Below are positions 1-12,200 of a stretch of DNA of 64,000 bases, piece after piece. Every line of letters starts with the position of its first letter. Position 1 is the first letter of the stretch. The stretch comes from Takakia lepidozioides (taxonomy: Eukaryota; Plantae; Bryophyta). The translations under genes were made by a program, and so were the position numbers. Where the stretch lies: NCBI GenBank assembly GCA_030704615.1, contig CM060732.1, positions 30,938,001-31,002,000 of the forward strand, written 5' to 3'. The notes under the pieces are model-generated. The model saw nothing but the letters and a program-made list of their open reading frames with translations. It did not search any database and had not been told where the DNA came from.

Positions 1-190
1 GCCGTCTCCGCTCACGACGATCATCCATCACCGACTCGACGAATGTCCAGAGCCGTCTCCGTCGACGACGATCATCCATCACCGTCGCGACGATTGTTCA
101 GATCCGTCTCCGTCGACGACGATCATCCATCACCGTCCCGACGAATGTTCAGAGCCGACTCCGTCCACGACGATCATCCGTCACCGTCCA
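1..190. repeat. 51-nt GC-rich tandem repeat, ~3.7 copies, probably continuing beyond the left edge
   Basis: The unit gccgtctccgtcgacgacgatcatccatcaccgtcgcgacgaatgttcaga recurs at 1, 52, 103 and 154. Confidence 0.9.
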
Positions 191-830
191 CGGTGACGGG
201 CTCCGTGACCCATCGCCGTGGAGGAAAGACTGTGCGTCCCTGCCCGTCCAAAATGTATTCCGTAGTTCGAACAGAGAGTGCGGTTATGGGGAGTGCCAAG
301 GAAGGGAGCGACAGGGACCCTCGTTTGGAGCGCGCACCCGCTCTTGCAAGCACCTCGTGCAGCGGGGCTGCACGCACGCGGACCACGACGGCTATGTCCT
401 TGTGCCATCTCTCTCACTCGCACCCCCCCATGGCGCCGTCTTCCGGCCTTCTCATGACCGCGCACGCCGACCCCATGCCCAAGCCCCTGCCCTCTCGCTT
501 CAGTCATGCGGGAAGCGTCGCGTCGTGCAGAGGCTGTGCTGTGGAGCTGAAAGCGGCATCCCCCTTGGCAATGCGCAGGGGACGAAATCCCCTGCATGTA
601 GTTGCTACGCCGCCTCGCCAACCTTCAGAGATGCCATTCAAATTAGGTGCTAACACGAAACTGTTTGCGCTTTCCCTTCTTGAGTTCGCTGTGTTGTGTG
701 CGTCGTAGGATCCAGGCTTGGAATTGTCTGTTGAGAAATTCAGCAGCAACAAATTTACTCTGGGCAAAGAAGCAAGAAAGCACAAGGGATGGTTAGACAA
801 GGTCGATAATTGGGTATATCTCGCACGTAG

Positions 831-3800
831 GTCAACGTGGAAGCATGGAACAGCGCTGGCAGGATTTCTATAAGGATCCTTCACAAAGTTCACAATGGTG
901 GGACAACTGCAATAGCAAGGTGTGGCTTTCTTGATATACCATGCGAAGAAGTTTGTCCGTTCTGCAAAAGTGGTCAGTATCATGATTTGTTCTTGTTCCT
1001 GGTGTTTACAAGGTACTCAGGAGGCAGCTTGGTCTTCTAAATCCATTCAGCTGCACTGTGGTGGTTCTCACAGACCAATCCAGGACGACCTGGCTACACA
1101 CACAAGCTATGCAAACAAGAGGTCCTTTGGGTTGATGGTCGGTTGAATCCTCCTTGGGTGAAGAAAGAGCCAGGTGATCTCTTGACACAAGGTCAAGGAC
1201 AATGTGGTGAGGGCACCGTGTTCTTCAACACACTCCGGCCTGTTTTTCTCATCAGCGTCGGTCGTAATTTTTCATGTTGAGTTGTGCAAGTTAGTTCGTT
1301 GGGTGGATCTATGGCGCTTTGGAGTGATTTTAACATGTTACTGCCAATGTGGCAACATGCAATTATCGGAAAGCAGAAAATAAAGACGAGGAGAAGCTTT
1401 GGAAGGAATATTTTTCAGACCCCAGTCAATGGTGGGACAATCGAGGCAAAAAGGTGAATGCCTGTAAAATACAGGGAACGGGCAACAGGATGCATCCCAA
1501 AACTTGGAAATTGTCATCCTCTCTCTCTCTTTCTCTCTCTCTCTCTGCCGGTAGTATGACTTACCTTGAAACAGATAATATATCCGAGTTTTCCAGATAT
1601 CCTCTAGAAATCCCTTCACACAAGCATCAATCTGCTGAGTGTGGTTTGCCCAATAACTAGGCCCCAAAAGGGCCTGGGCTTTTGGCTCAGCCTCGAGACT
1701 TTCAAAGTTGGTAAACATCAGCCCTGACAAAGGTAGTTTCTGTCCCTTTGTGTTCCTCTCAAACTGAGCACGGGGTCAATGGCCACAAGGCTACGGCAAA
1801 CAACGTCTTATGAGTGCATTCTCTCTTTCTTCCCAGGAAAATCAAGAACATTGTCTCGCACCTCTGTTGACCAACTTTCATAATCTTGAGGCCGAGCCTA
1901 ATGCCCTGGCCCTGTTGGGGTCTAACTTTTGGGCTGCTCACAGACAGAAGATTGATGCTTGTGTGAAGGGCTTTACTAGAGGATATCTGGAAAGCCCGAA
2001 CTAATTGTTTATATCAAGGTAAGTCACACTACCGGAGGGAGCCCCTCACAAAGGTAGTTTCTGGTCCCTTTTGTTCCGCCCAAACTGGAATTGGGGTCTA
2101 TGGCCACAAGGCTATGGCAAACAACGTCTTATGAGTACATTCTCTCTTCCCAGCACATTTTGAAATTCTTGGGAGTAATTCAGCATAGAAACTAGTCTGT
2201 GATAAGTAGTGATGGGTGTAACATTTTAGGTTGTCATTGTCAGCAGCAAGGGGAGGATCTATGCATTATTGGTGCTGAGGCAGGGATAGCTGAAGGAGCA
2301 GGGATGGACTGTTGGGTCCAGATTCATCTGAGAGGGCCAGACTTCAAGCACAAGATTACCTGTGAATCCCTGTGGATTGATAGCTACAAGAAACCTGCTT
2401 GGGTACACGGTCAACTGGAAGCAGCAGTGGCGGCACAGTTAATAAAATCAGTCACCTCCACCGTGGCCACAGTTTCCAAAAGAGGACCAAGAGAGGGAAT
2501 CTATAATACCTCTTCTGGCACTTCTGGGCATATGAGGAGGCTATGCGAGGCAGGGCAACTGAAAGCGGCTCTACAAATTTTAAACCAAGGAGGCATTTCA
2601 GTAGATTCAGATACTTACGTCTGTCTCTTGCATACGTGCATCAAGATGAAAAACCTGGAAGCCGGAAAGCAGGTGCACGCTCACATTGTTGAAAGCGGAT
2701 TAAAGCCAAACGTATTTCTACACAATACCCTCGTTAACATGTATGTTAAGTGTGGGAGTATTGTGGATGCACACAAAGTGTTCAACCAAATGCCTGAACG
2801 CGGTTTGATCCCGTGGAATATTATGATAGCAGGGTTTAACAAACATGGGTGTGGTACGAATGCCTTGGAGACATATGGGCAAATGATAGGGGAGGGTGTG
2901 AAGCCCAACCACATTACGTTCGTTTGCGTTTGCAATGCATGTGCGAGCCTGGCAGCCCTGGAAAAGGGCAAAGAGGTCCATGGTGACATCATCAAAGCGG
3001 GAATTGTACCCGATGTCATTCTGAACACTGCCCTGGTGGACATGTATGCCAAATGCGGCAGCATCGAGGATGCAAAAGAAGTGTTCGATGATATGGCTGA
3101 ACGAAATGTGGTATCCTGGAACGCTATGATCACAGGATATGCCCAACATGGGTGTGGGATGGAGGCTTTGGAGACCTATGAGCAAATGAAGCGGGAAGGG
3201 GTGAAGCCAGACCGGGTCACATTCATTTGCGTTAGCAATGCGTGCGCAAGCCTAGCAGCCCTGGAAAAGGGCAAAGAGGTCCATGGTGACATCATCAAAG
3301 TGGGAATCGTACCGGATGTCATTCTGAACACTGCCCTGATGAAAATGTATGCGAAATGTGGGCACATCGAGGATGCAAAGGCTGTGTTTGACAATATGGC
3401 CGAACGAGATGTGGTGTCCTGGAATGCAATGATCACAGGATATGCCCAGCAAGGGTGTGGGGTGGAGGCTTTGGAGATGTATGACCTAATGATGCGAGAA
3501 GGGGTGAAGCCCAACCGAGTTACGTTCGTTTGTGTTGGCAATGCGTGCGCTAGTCTGGCAGCCCTGGAAAAGGGCAAAGAGGTTCATAGTGACATCATCA
3601 AGGCGGGAATTGTACCAGATGTCATTCTGAACACTGCCCTGGTGGACATGTATGCCAAATGCGGCAGCATTGACGATGCAAAGGGAGTGTTTGACAATAT
3701 GGCTGAACGCAATGTTGTGTCCTGGAACGCGATGATAGCAGGATATGCCCAGCAGGGTTGCGGGATGGAGGCTCTGGAGACATATGAGCAAATGATGCGG

Positions 3801-4631
3801 GAAGGGGTGAAGCCGGACCAGGTCACGTTTGTTTGCATTAGCAATGCGTGCGCAAGCCTGGCGGCCCTGGAAATGGGCAAAGAGGTCCATGGTGACATCA
3901 TCAAAGCAGGAATTGTACCAAATGTCATTCTGAATACCGCCCTGGTGAACATGTATGCCAAGTGCGGTAGCATCCAAGATGCAAAGGGACTGTTTGACAA
4001 TATGGCTGAACGAGATGTGCTGTCATGGAGCGCGATGATCGCAGGATATGCCCAGCATGGTTGTCATAGAGAGGCCCTGCAACTATTTGAAGGAATGCAA
4101 AAGGAAGGCTTGAAGCCGAACAGTATCACCTTTATTTGTGTTCTCTCTGCATGCAGCCATGTTGGCCTACTGGATGAAGGAAGACGCTACTTTGATTCCC
4201 TGAGTCGAGATCACGGTGTCACTCCAACAGTAAAGCACTTTGGCTGCATGGTGGACCTTCTTGGACGTGCAGGGCGATTGGATGAGGCAGAGGACCTCAT
4301 TAATAAAATGCCAATCAAACCAGATGCTGTGGTGTGGAAGGCCTTGCTGGGTGCCTGCATAATCCATGGCAATGTGGAGATGGCTGAACGTGCGGCAACA
4401 TCTATTCTCAAGTCGGATGAACAGGATGTTGCGACTTATGTGTTGCTATCAAACATCTATGCGACAGCTGGCAGGTGGGACGATACTGCAAAAGTGAGAA
4501 GAATGATGAAGGCCAGAGGGATTAGAAAGGAGCCAGGTCGCTGCTGCATTGAGGTTGGCAACAGGGTGCACACCTTTGTTGTAGATGACAAATTGCATCC
4601 CAAAATTGAGGAAATCCATGCTGAGCTGTGA
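831..4631 (+). CDS. Spliced PLS-class PPR protein (organellar RNA-editing factor type) with two N-terminal OSB-type PDF motifs; ends as an E+ protein at TGA 4629-4631; true start lies upstream and is unresolved
   Basis: Phase-consistent GT-AG exons: ~831-919 (MEQRWQDFYKDPSQSSQWWDNCNSK), 1074-1206 (TNPGRPGYTHKLCKQEVLWVDGRLNPPWVK), 1377-1453 (KLWKEYFSDPSQWWDNRGKK) and 2322-4631 (IHLRGPDFKHKITCESLWIDSYKKPAWV, then 17 L/S/P motifs, E1, E2 and the PG box EPGRCCIEV). Confidence 0.88.
1545..2150. mobile_element. Truncated LINE family B 3' fragments in both orientations inside intron 1454-2321
   Basis: Matches the 3' end of the LINE at 26285-26700 (FTNFESLEAEPKAQALL..QIDACVKGFLEDIWK and ggccacaaggctacggcaaacaacgtcttatgagtacattctc). 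About 1547-1718 is minus; about 1719-1825 and 1845-2150 are plus. Confidence 0.85.
2930..4140 (+). repeat. Four 303-nt (101 aa) L-S-P triplet duplications inside the PPR array
   Basis: NACASLAALEKGKEVHGDIIKAGIVPDVILNTAL recurs with a 303-nt period (~2933, 3236, 3539, 3842). Confidence 0.9.
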
Positions 4632-4940
4632 AGATTGTCAGGGCAGATGAAGAAGGCAGGGTATGTGCCTGAGACACGCTTTGTATTGCATGATGTCGGG
4701 GAGGAGCAAAAGGAATTTTCTCTTTGCCACCACAGTGAGAAGCTGGCCATTGGTTTTGGGCTGATCAGCACAGCCCCTGGGACACCTCTCCGTGTCATCA
4801 AGAATCTTCGGGTGTGTGGTGACTGCCACACCGCCACCAAGTTCATCTCAAAGATAGTCAGCCGAGCAATTGTGGTACGGGACGCAAACCGCTTTCACCA
4901 CTTTGAAGATGGGGTTTGTTCGTGTGGGGATTACTGGTGA
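4632..4940 (+). pseudogene. Otherwise intact DYW cytidine-deaminase domain, in frame with the PPR ORF but separated from it by one TGA
   Basis: [19 protein letters not shown]...[13 protein letters not shown]...[10 protein letters not shown]...[16 protein letters not shown]; the HxE, CxxC and terminal DYW motifs are all present. Confidence 0.85.
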
Positions 4941-6010
4941 AAAGATGTTCTCCCGGAAAGGTACAAGTGTCTTGCTTATGATCTGCGTAGCTGCTTTGTT
5001 CATCCACTGTTGATCATGAGAGTATTGGCTCCTTTTGATGTAAAGAGGCCCTGACTTTCAAAACTATACCCTGGAGGAGTAAGAGTACTGGGCCTAGTGC
5101 TTGCAGATTTTTAAAATGGTTCACCATTGAAATATATAATGCAGATCACAAGTAAACACGGGGAACCTCCCGAACCAGACCCTCAAAACCTGATAAACTG
5201 TTCACCTGGAAGTTGAATTTGAACTCATGCAACAGCTGGTTGGCAAAATAAGACTAGATATTACTAGATCACCTCTGTAGATAACAACTTTGTAGATTCT
5301 GCTATCTTGCAGATAACTTTAATGCGCTAAGGTCAAGTGCAGATGTAGCCCTTCAATGCACCCAAGAAACTCAATGTTGCAGAAACCAATCAGGTACATG
5401 TGGACAATATGCATGAAGGTATGACAAAGGTTTGAGCTGACTGTATGGTGTTCCTAAAGCTAAAGACTGGTGTTTCCAGCCCATGAAATCCAATCAGTTG
5501 TTTGATAGCATTGAGAGTCAACATACATCTGAGAAACAGGGATACTGACCTACAATAGATTTACACTTTCAAGGTGTTTCATGAAGAAGATTCTCAAGTG
5601 AAGCAAGTTGTATACTTGTCAATCCAGGGTCCTAGTGGTGTTTGTAGTTTTCATGATCACACTTTGTTTTCACAATAATGGGAATATATTGCTTTAGTCC
5701 AAGCATGTCACCTGTAAGTGTATTAGACATCATCCTCTCTTGTTCCATGCACTTTCTGAAATCCACAGTGTCCATACAGCTTGTGGAAAATCATTGCTAC
5801 ATGCAGCCAGGACATAATACTAGTCCCATAATGAGGTTTGAACACCTCCTTTGGACAATAGAACAAGGGATCCATTGATTCCCTCCTTTCACGACAAGTC
5901 CGTGTAAATTAATGAATCCCGATGTCTGTGTCTAGCCCAGCTTTTCTTTCCACCCTCGATTCCCCCCGAACTGCTCCCTTATATCTCACCTCAGCCACCT
6001 GCCAAGACAA

Positions 6011-6385
6011 CTTCAGTAAACCTGAGCTAAGGATCCTCTTAGGGGATGATTTTTATCTTGGCAATGTCAAGAAAGTTGAAAGACCTCAAGCTCCTCACTA
6101 GTACACTTCAGCAAACCTGAGCTAAGGATCCTCTTAGGGGATGATTTTTATCTTGGCAATGTCAAGAAAGTTGAAAGACCTCAAGCTCCTCACTAGTACA
6201 CTTCAGCAAACCTGAGCTAAGGATCCTCTTAGGGGATGATTTTTATCTTGGCAATGTCAAGAAAGTTGAAAGACCTCAAGCTCCTCACTAGTAAACTTCA
6301 GCAAACCTGAGCTACTGAGCCTCCTAGGAGATGATTTTTATCGTGGCAGAGTGTCAAGAAACTTGAAAGATCTCAAGAATTACTA
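6011..6385. repeat. 95-nt tandem repeat, ~4 copies
   Basis: The unit cttcagcaaacctgagctaaggatcctcttaggggatg...ctcctcactagtaca starts at 6011, 6106, 6201 and 6296; the first three are nearly identical. Confidence 0.93.
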
Positions 6386-6521
6386 ATTAGCGAATATCCA
6401 ACTCAATTTGATCCAGGGGATTGACAGTTGAGGATGGAGACTAAAGAACCTTCTACTGATCACCAATTGACAGATACAGAATAAAATCAATAGCATCACT
6501 GAAGAGAAAAATATTATGAGG

Positions 6522-9208
6522 CTAGAAACATACCACACTTGCACTGTACAGCCGTGGCTGGCAAACACTTTGGTACATATGAAAACCTGCACCAAATTTA
6601 CACCAACAGATATTGATTGCAGAGTAGGGAAATGAAAATTGTAAGCATATGATATTCCTTTGTATTCCTTTGTTTGCAGGTACAACCAAGTTGTAGCCCA
6701 GTCTTAATGGGCACATACCACCTCGGAAGTGGTTGTGGGTTCAATCCACTGGTTAGTGTCACAAAGGTTATTTCTGCTCAAACTGGGCGCGTGGTCAATG
6801 ACCACAAGGCTACAGCAAACAATGTGTTATGAGTACACTCTTTAAGTCAATTGGAAGACCTCTGTACAAGAAAACCCACCTGTGTGAAGACTTTGAATTC
6901 ACCTTCGGAATGATACCAGTAAGGCAGTTACTACTAACATCGCTGCATTGACCACCACAAGGAGAAACCATTAAGGTTACCTCATTTCAGTAATCATGGT
7001 AGAAGATACTTGCTAGAAGAATCCACTGTTACCCATTTCGCGACAGCACCACAGGAAGAGACAAGACAACACCTTTCTGAGATGGATTCAAATAGCATGA
7101 GAAGACACTCGGTTTTGTGAAGTCACAGTGGGGTTGTTAGAAACTCACAGAAGGTCAAAATGTGAGAGATTGGTGGCCGCTGGCAATCTTCCACTCAAGA
7201 AATTGTTTGATAAGTTTCTGGATCAATCAGATGAATTTGCATCAGAACAAAGGCCCCTATAGAGTCTGTCTTGTCTCTCTTATCCAGTCCACTATGGAGT
7301 CAGGCATCACTGATGGTACTCACATGGATGTGAATTTCGTGCTATTGAGAAGAGATGATGGGATCCTGCCAGATAGTATGTTGTCACTCAAATCCCTGCA
7401 TCACGCAAGCTTCATATAATACACTTAAGGGAATGTCCAAAGAAATGCATTTCAGTATCTATCTTCCAAGTGGTTCAAAATACTTTGCTACAATCAAACA
7501 GATCCAATGCCTTAAGGAAGACATGCATTTGTCTCTGGTTTGTTATGCACTTAATGGCCCAATGACAGATTGTGGGTAGACAAGATATTATCATCCCAAT
7601 ATTGTTGTAAAAGACCACTTACACGCTCTTGAGGTTCGGTAACTGCTGAAGGTCATCAGGAATCTCTCCTGTGAATGCATTATTTGACAGATCTCTGCCA
7701 GCCAGAGCAATACGAGTTAGGGTTGTGCCAGCTGCTATCTTGATATTGTAATCTATATGTATTTTGGGAGAAGGCAGTTGGAAAAAGGAAATACTCTATA
7801 GATGAAGCTGCAAAAAGGTTGGGAAGGAAGGGAGGAAGACAGGTGAAAGGGAGTCAAACAGGATGGGAAAGTGGCAATTCTCGTAGTAAACATTAGCCCT
7901 GACATGTTCATCTAACGCCCCTACGACGACAGGGAAGGATAAATAAAGACAGAGAAAAAGGGAAATTGGTAAAATTGTCCACTGAATCCTAGAAGGGGCC
8001 TGTGGAATCAAAAGAAAGTTCACCACGAAATTTCAAAATTCACAACCCAATCGGCGAAATACTTAAGCTCTGTCACAAGTTCATCTTAGTGACCTCATGA
8101 GGGAAGGTTGCTAAGCACTTTGCCCTTCATAACCGAAGGACGCAGACATGCTGAGCATGGGAGGCCCAGAGTACGAATGGAAGGGATCCCAAGCGAGAAG
8201 CTTCTGAGGCTTTGCCTTCTGTTGGGCCTTTTCGTTTTTCTTGGAAGTTGGTTAGCTTGACAAGTCACCTGGCTCGGCTGCACTCAGACTGGTGCTCTGA
8301 ATTTAGATCCTTTCTGGGTCAATTTCTTACCTTCCCAAGGTTATGATTTTGAGGTTTGGTTTAAACTTTTTTCCATGGGTGTTGCTGACCTTTTAAGAAC
8401 AAAAAGAAATAGAGGCTCTCTTTATTTAGGCCATTGCTTTCCTCCCTTCTTGCAAACGGAGAAGTAAACAATCCAGGTTAATATGGATCTGAGTGCATAA
8501 GAACGTGATCAAAAGCCTAAGATTCAGACACTCATTCACATACTTCTTGTGTTCCTCTCAAATGGGGAAGAATTAAACTTAGCTGATGTATCCAGATTAT
8601 GAAGGTCTGACTGCAATATACAAGAGCAAACACCATAAGGATACCCAGGCATGAAGTTTGGTAGCATCATATCAGTCAGGAAAAATGGAAATATTATACT
8701 CACAAGTTCTGTAAGTTGGGAAGGTATGTGAAGCTTGGCGAGACATCCCTGCGTCAAGGCCCTTGTTAGAATTGGACTACAAGCTGAAAGAAAGAACGAC
8801 ACTTTGCAATGTCCACAGGGGCCCACAAGGGCGTACGAGACAGGGTAGAACAAACAAATGACAACTTCAGAATACGTCGAGTGATGCCCTAAGACGACGA
8901 AGGGCCTCAAGCAGGTAGGGTGCGAGGAACTTTGGATCTTCGAGGCTGAAGGCCTTCAAAGGGAAAAGAGGAACAAGCCAAATACAAAGTGAAAATGGTA
9001 AGGAGAGTCATAGTCCATAGGACCCGCTTGAAAGACAAGAGAATGATAATGTGTCCCTAAACTACATTGCTCTTGCCTGATGTAGGTAAGCACTTTGGAA
9101 GTTGATAAACCTACTCACCTAGAGACAACCATTGGAGGGGAAGTTTCACTTTTCCCTCCATTCTCTTGAGGAATTTTGTTGCCACCATCACAGGGAGGGG
9201 TGCCAGGA
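6522..9208 (-). CDS. Downstream exons of the LRR gene: linker, second LRR block and Cys-containing segment
   Basis: 9119-9208 PGTPPCDGG..SETSPPMVVSR; 8704-8748 DVSPSFTYLPNLQNL (CTAAC branch point upstream); tentative 8544-8610 and 8331-8389; 7623-7694 DLSNNAFTGEIPDDLQQLPNLKSV; 7324-7395 DLSDNILSGRIPSSLLNSTKFTS; 6880-6942 DVSSNCLTGIIPKVNSKSSH; tentative terminal exon 6522-6702. Confidence 0.65.
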
Positions 9209-12200
9209 CTGCATGCCAAGAACCACATCAGATTTACTTAACCTGAGTGGAAACCATTTGTTGCCTAAACTGTGACATTGCCGACTAGGTCTAACTCTTT
9301 CAAAGATACATGAGATACAAAGCTACTTCAAGCCAAAAGTGGCACTATTGACTGTATATCCATTTCTATGAAGTAGATAATTCACAGGGGAGAATGTCTA
9401 CTGGAGAGTACGAGAATGTACTCATAAGACATTGTTTGCCATAGCCTTGTGGCCATTGACCCCGCGCCCAGTTTGAGCCGAACACAAACAGACAGAAACT
9501 ACCTTTGTCAGGGGCTGACGCCGGTAGTACAAGAGAATGTCTACTGGAGAACAAGAACAAGAGATAAAGAAGGAAATTTCTGCTCAGGGATGCCCAGAGG
9601 AACCCATGGAGGGAGAAAAGAAGTTTGATATGAGCATATTCCCCTCTCCTCCCCTCCCCTCCCCTCATAGTAGGGAGGAAGAAGATGCGAAATATTTAGC
9701 AAAAACAGGGGCTGGAAGGGAATATGCCCTTACACCTAGGTACGTATGTAGTTTGCAGGGAACAGTCAACAAGATCCATGTTCCTCAAGGGAAAACTGCC
9801 CAAACCTGGTGTTACATATGGGTATAACTTACGCAGATGTTGAGGATTGCTTACATGTGGGGTGGTGAACTCGGCAATGGAGGAAGCCCTGGGTTGGCAA
9901 CAACAGGTGGTGGCAAACTTGGCAGAGGTGGAAGCCCTGGGAATGTAAAATTGGGTGGTGTAAAAGTAGGTAGTGGTGGGAGTCCTGGGATTGTAACATT
10001 GGGTGGTGTGAGACTTGGCAGGGGAGTAAGCCCTGGAAGAGTAAAATTGGATGGTGTAAAACTAGGAAGAGGGGGAACACCTGGCAAGGGAGGAAGCCCA
10101 GGGTTCGTTACAACAGGTGGGCCTGTGACAATAGATGGTGGCAAACTAGGTAAAGGTGGAAGCCCTGGGAATGTAAAATTGGGTGGTGTAAAAGTAGGTA
10201 GTGGTGGGAGCCCTGGGATTGTAACATTGGGTGGTGTGAGACTTGGCAGGGGAGTAAGCCCTGGGAGAGTAAAATTAGGTGGTGTAAAACTAGGAAGAGG
10301 GGGAACACCTGGCAAGGGAGGAAGCCCAGGGTTCGTTACAACAGGTGGGCCTGTGACAATAGATGGTGGCAAACTAGGTAAAGGTGGAAGCCCTGGGAAT
10401 GTAAAATTGGGTGGTGTAAAAGTAGGTAGTGGTGGGAGCCCTGGGATTGTAACATTGGGTGGTGTAAGACTTGGCAGGGGAGTAAGCCCTGGGAGAGTAA
10501 AATTAGGTGGTGTAAAACTAGGAAGAGGGGGAACACCTGGCAAGGGAGGAAGCCCAGGGTTTGTTACAACAGGTGGGCCTGTTACAATAGATGGTGGCAA
10601 ACTAGGCAGAGGTGGAAGCCCCGGGAATGTGAAATTTGGCGGTGCAAAACCTGACAAAGGTGGAACTCCTGGACTTGTCACATTGGGTGCTGTGGATGTT
10701 GGCAATGGAGGCAGCCCTGGAAGAGTGGAATTGGGCAAGGTACAATGCGGTAGAGGCGGAACACCTGGCAAAGGAAGAAGCCCCGGGTTTGTGACAACGG
10801 GTGGTGGAAAACTCGGTAGAGGTGGAAAGCTTGTCACAATAGGTGGTGGCAAGCCAGGCAAAGGTGGAAGTCCTGGGACTGTTAAATTAGGCAGACTAAA
10901 ACCTGGAATTCCTGGGCCTGTCACGTTGGGTGGTGTGAAGATGGGCAATGGAGGAAGGCCAGGGAGCGTGAAATTGGGTGGAGAAAAACTAGGCGGCAGG
11001 GGGGGAAGCCCTGGAAGACTGAAATTGGGTGGTGTAAAACTGGGAAGAGGTGGAACACCTGGCAGAGGAGGAAGCCCTGGGCTTTCGACAACAGGTGGTG
11101 ACAAATTTGGCAGAGGTGGAACCCCTGGGAGTGTCACATTGGGAGGTGTGAAGGTTGGCAATGGAGGAAGCCCTGGAAAGGTGAAATTGGGTGGAGTAAA
11201 ACTAGGCAGGGGAGCAAGCCCTGGAAGAGTGAAATTGGGTGGTGTAAAACTAGGAAGAGGAGGAACACCTGACAGAGGAGGAACCCCTGGGTTTATGACA
11301 ATAGGTGTGGGCAAACTCGGAAGAGGTGGAAGCCCTGGGTTCGTCACAATAGGCGGTGGCCAACTAGGCAGAGGTGGAAGCCCTGGGAGTGTCAAATTGG
11401 GTGGGGTAAAACCTGACACCGGTGGAATCCCTGGGCTTGTCACATTGGGTGGTGTGAAAGTTGGCAATGGAGGAAGCCCTGGAAGCGTGAAATTGGGTGG
11501 AGTAAAACTTGGCAGAGGTGGAAGCCCTGGGAGTGTGAAATTAGTCACGTTGGGTGGAATGAGACTTGGTAGAGGTGGAACCCCTGGGAGTGTCACATTG
11601 GGAGGTGTGAAGGTTGGCAATGGAGGAAGCCCTGGAAAGGTGAAATTGGGTGGAGTAAAACTAGGCAGGGGAGCGAGCCCTGGAAGAGTGAAATTGGGTG
11701 GTGTAAAACTAGGAAGAGGAGGAACACCTGACAGAGGAGGAACCCCTGGGTTTATGACAATAGGTGTGGGCAAACTCGGAAGAGGTGGAAGCCCTGGGCT
11801 CGTCACAATAGGCGGTGGCCAACTAGGCAGAGGTGGAAGCCCTGGGAGTGTCAAATTGGGTGGGGTAAAACCTGACAACGGTGGAATCCCTGGGCTTGTC
11901 ACATTGGGTGGTGTGAAAGTTGGCAATGGAGGAAGCCCTGGAAGCGTGAAATTGGGTGGAGTAAAACTTGGCAGAGGTGGAAGCCCTGGGAGTGTGAAAT
12001 TAGTCACATTGGGTGGAATGAGACTTGGTAGAGGGGGAAGCCCTGGTAGTGTGAAATTTGGTGGAGTAAGATTAGGCAGAGGTGGAAGCCCTGGTAGTGT
12101 GAAATTGGGTGGAGGTGGAAACCCTGGGGTTGTGACATTGGGGGGGGTGAAAACTGGTATAGGTGGAAGCCCTGGGTTTATGAGAACTGATGGTGGCAGT

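Noticed and set aside
43-708. 221-aa ORF as a stand-alone gene
   Set aside because: Its start is a translation of the 51-nt repeat and no domain is recognisable. Part may be the unresolved first exon of the PPR gene.
792-830. 39-nt ultra-short intron linking upstream exons to the first PDF exon
   Set aside because: Phase-compatible but shorter than normal plant introns; it cannot be supported without cDNA.
2199-2321. N-terminus of the 810-aa ORF
   Set aside because: Intronic. The acceptor at 2320-2321 restores correct PDF spacing with exon 1377-1453.
4530-4940. U-to-C (KP-type) DYW editor
   Set aside because: The PG box, HSEKLA and terminal DYW are those of canonical C-to-U DYW domains.
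5340-5800. Possible kinase relics on the minus strand (LIGFC, GHCGFQKVHG)
   Set aside because: The matches are too short and lack consistent splice sites or core kinase motifs.
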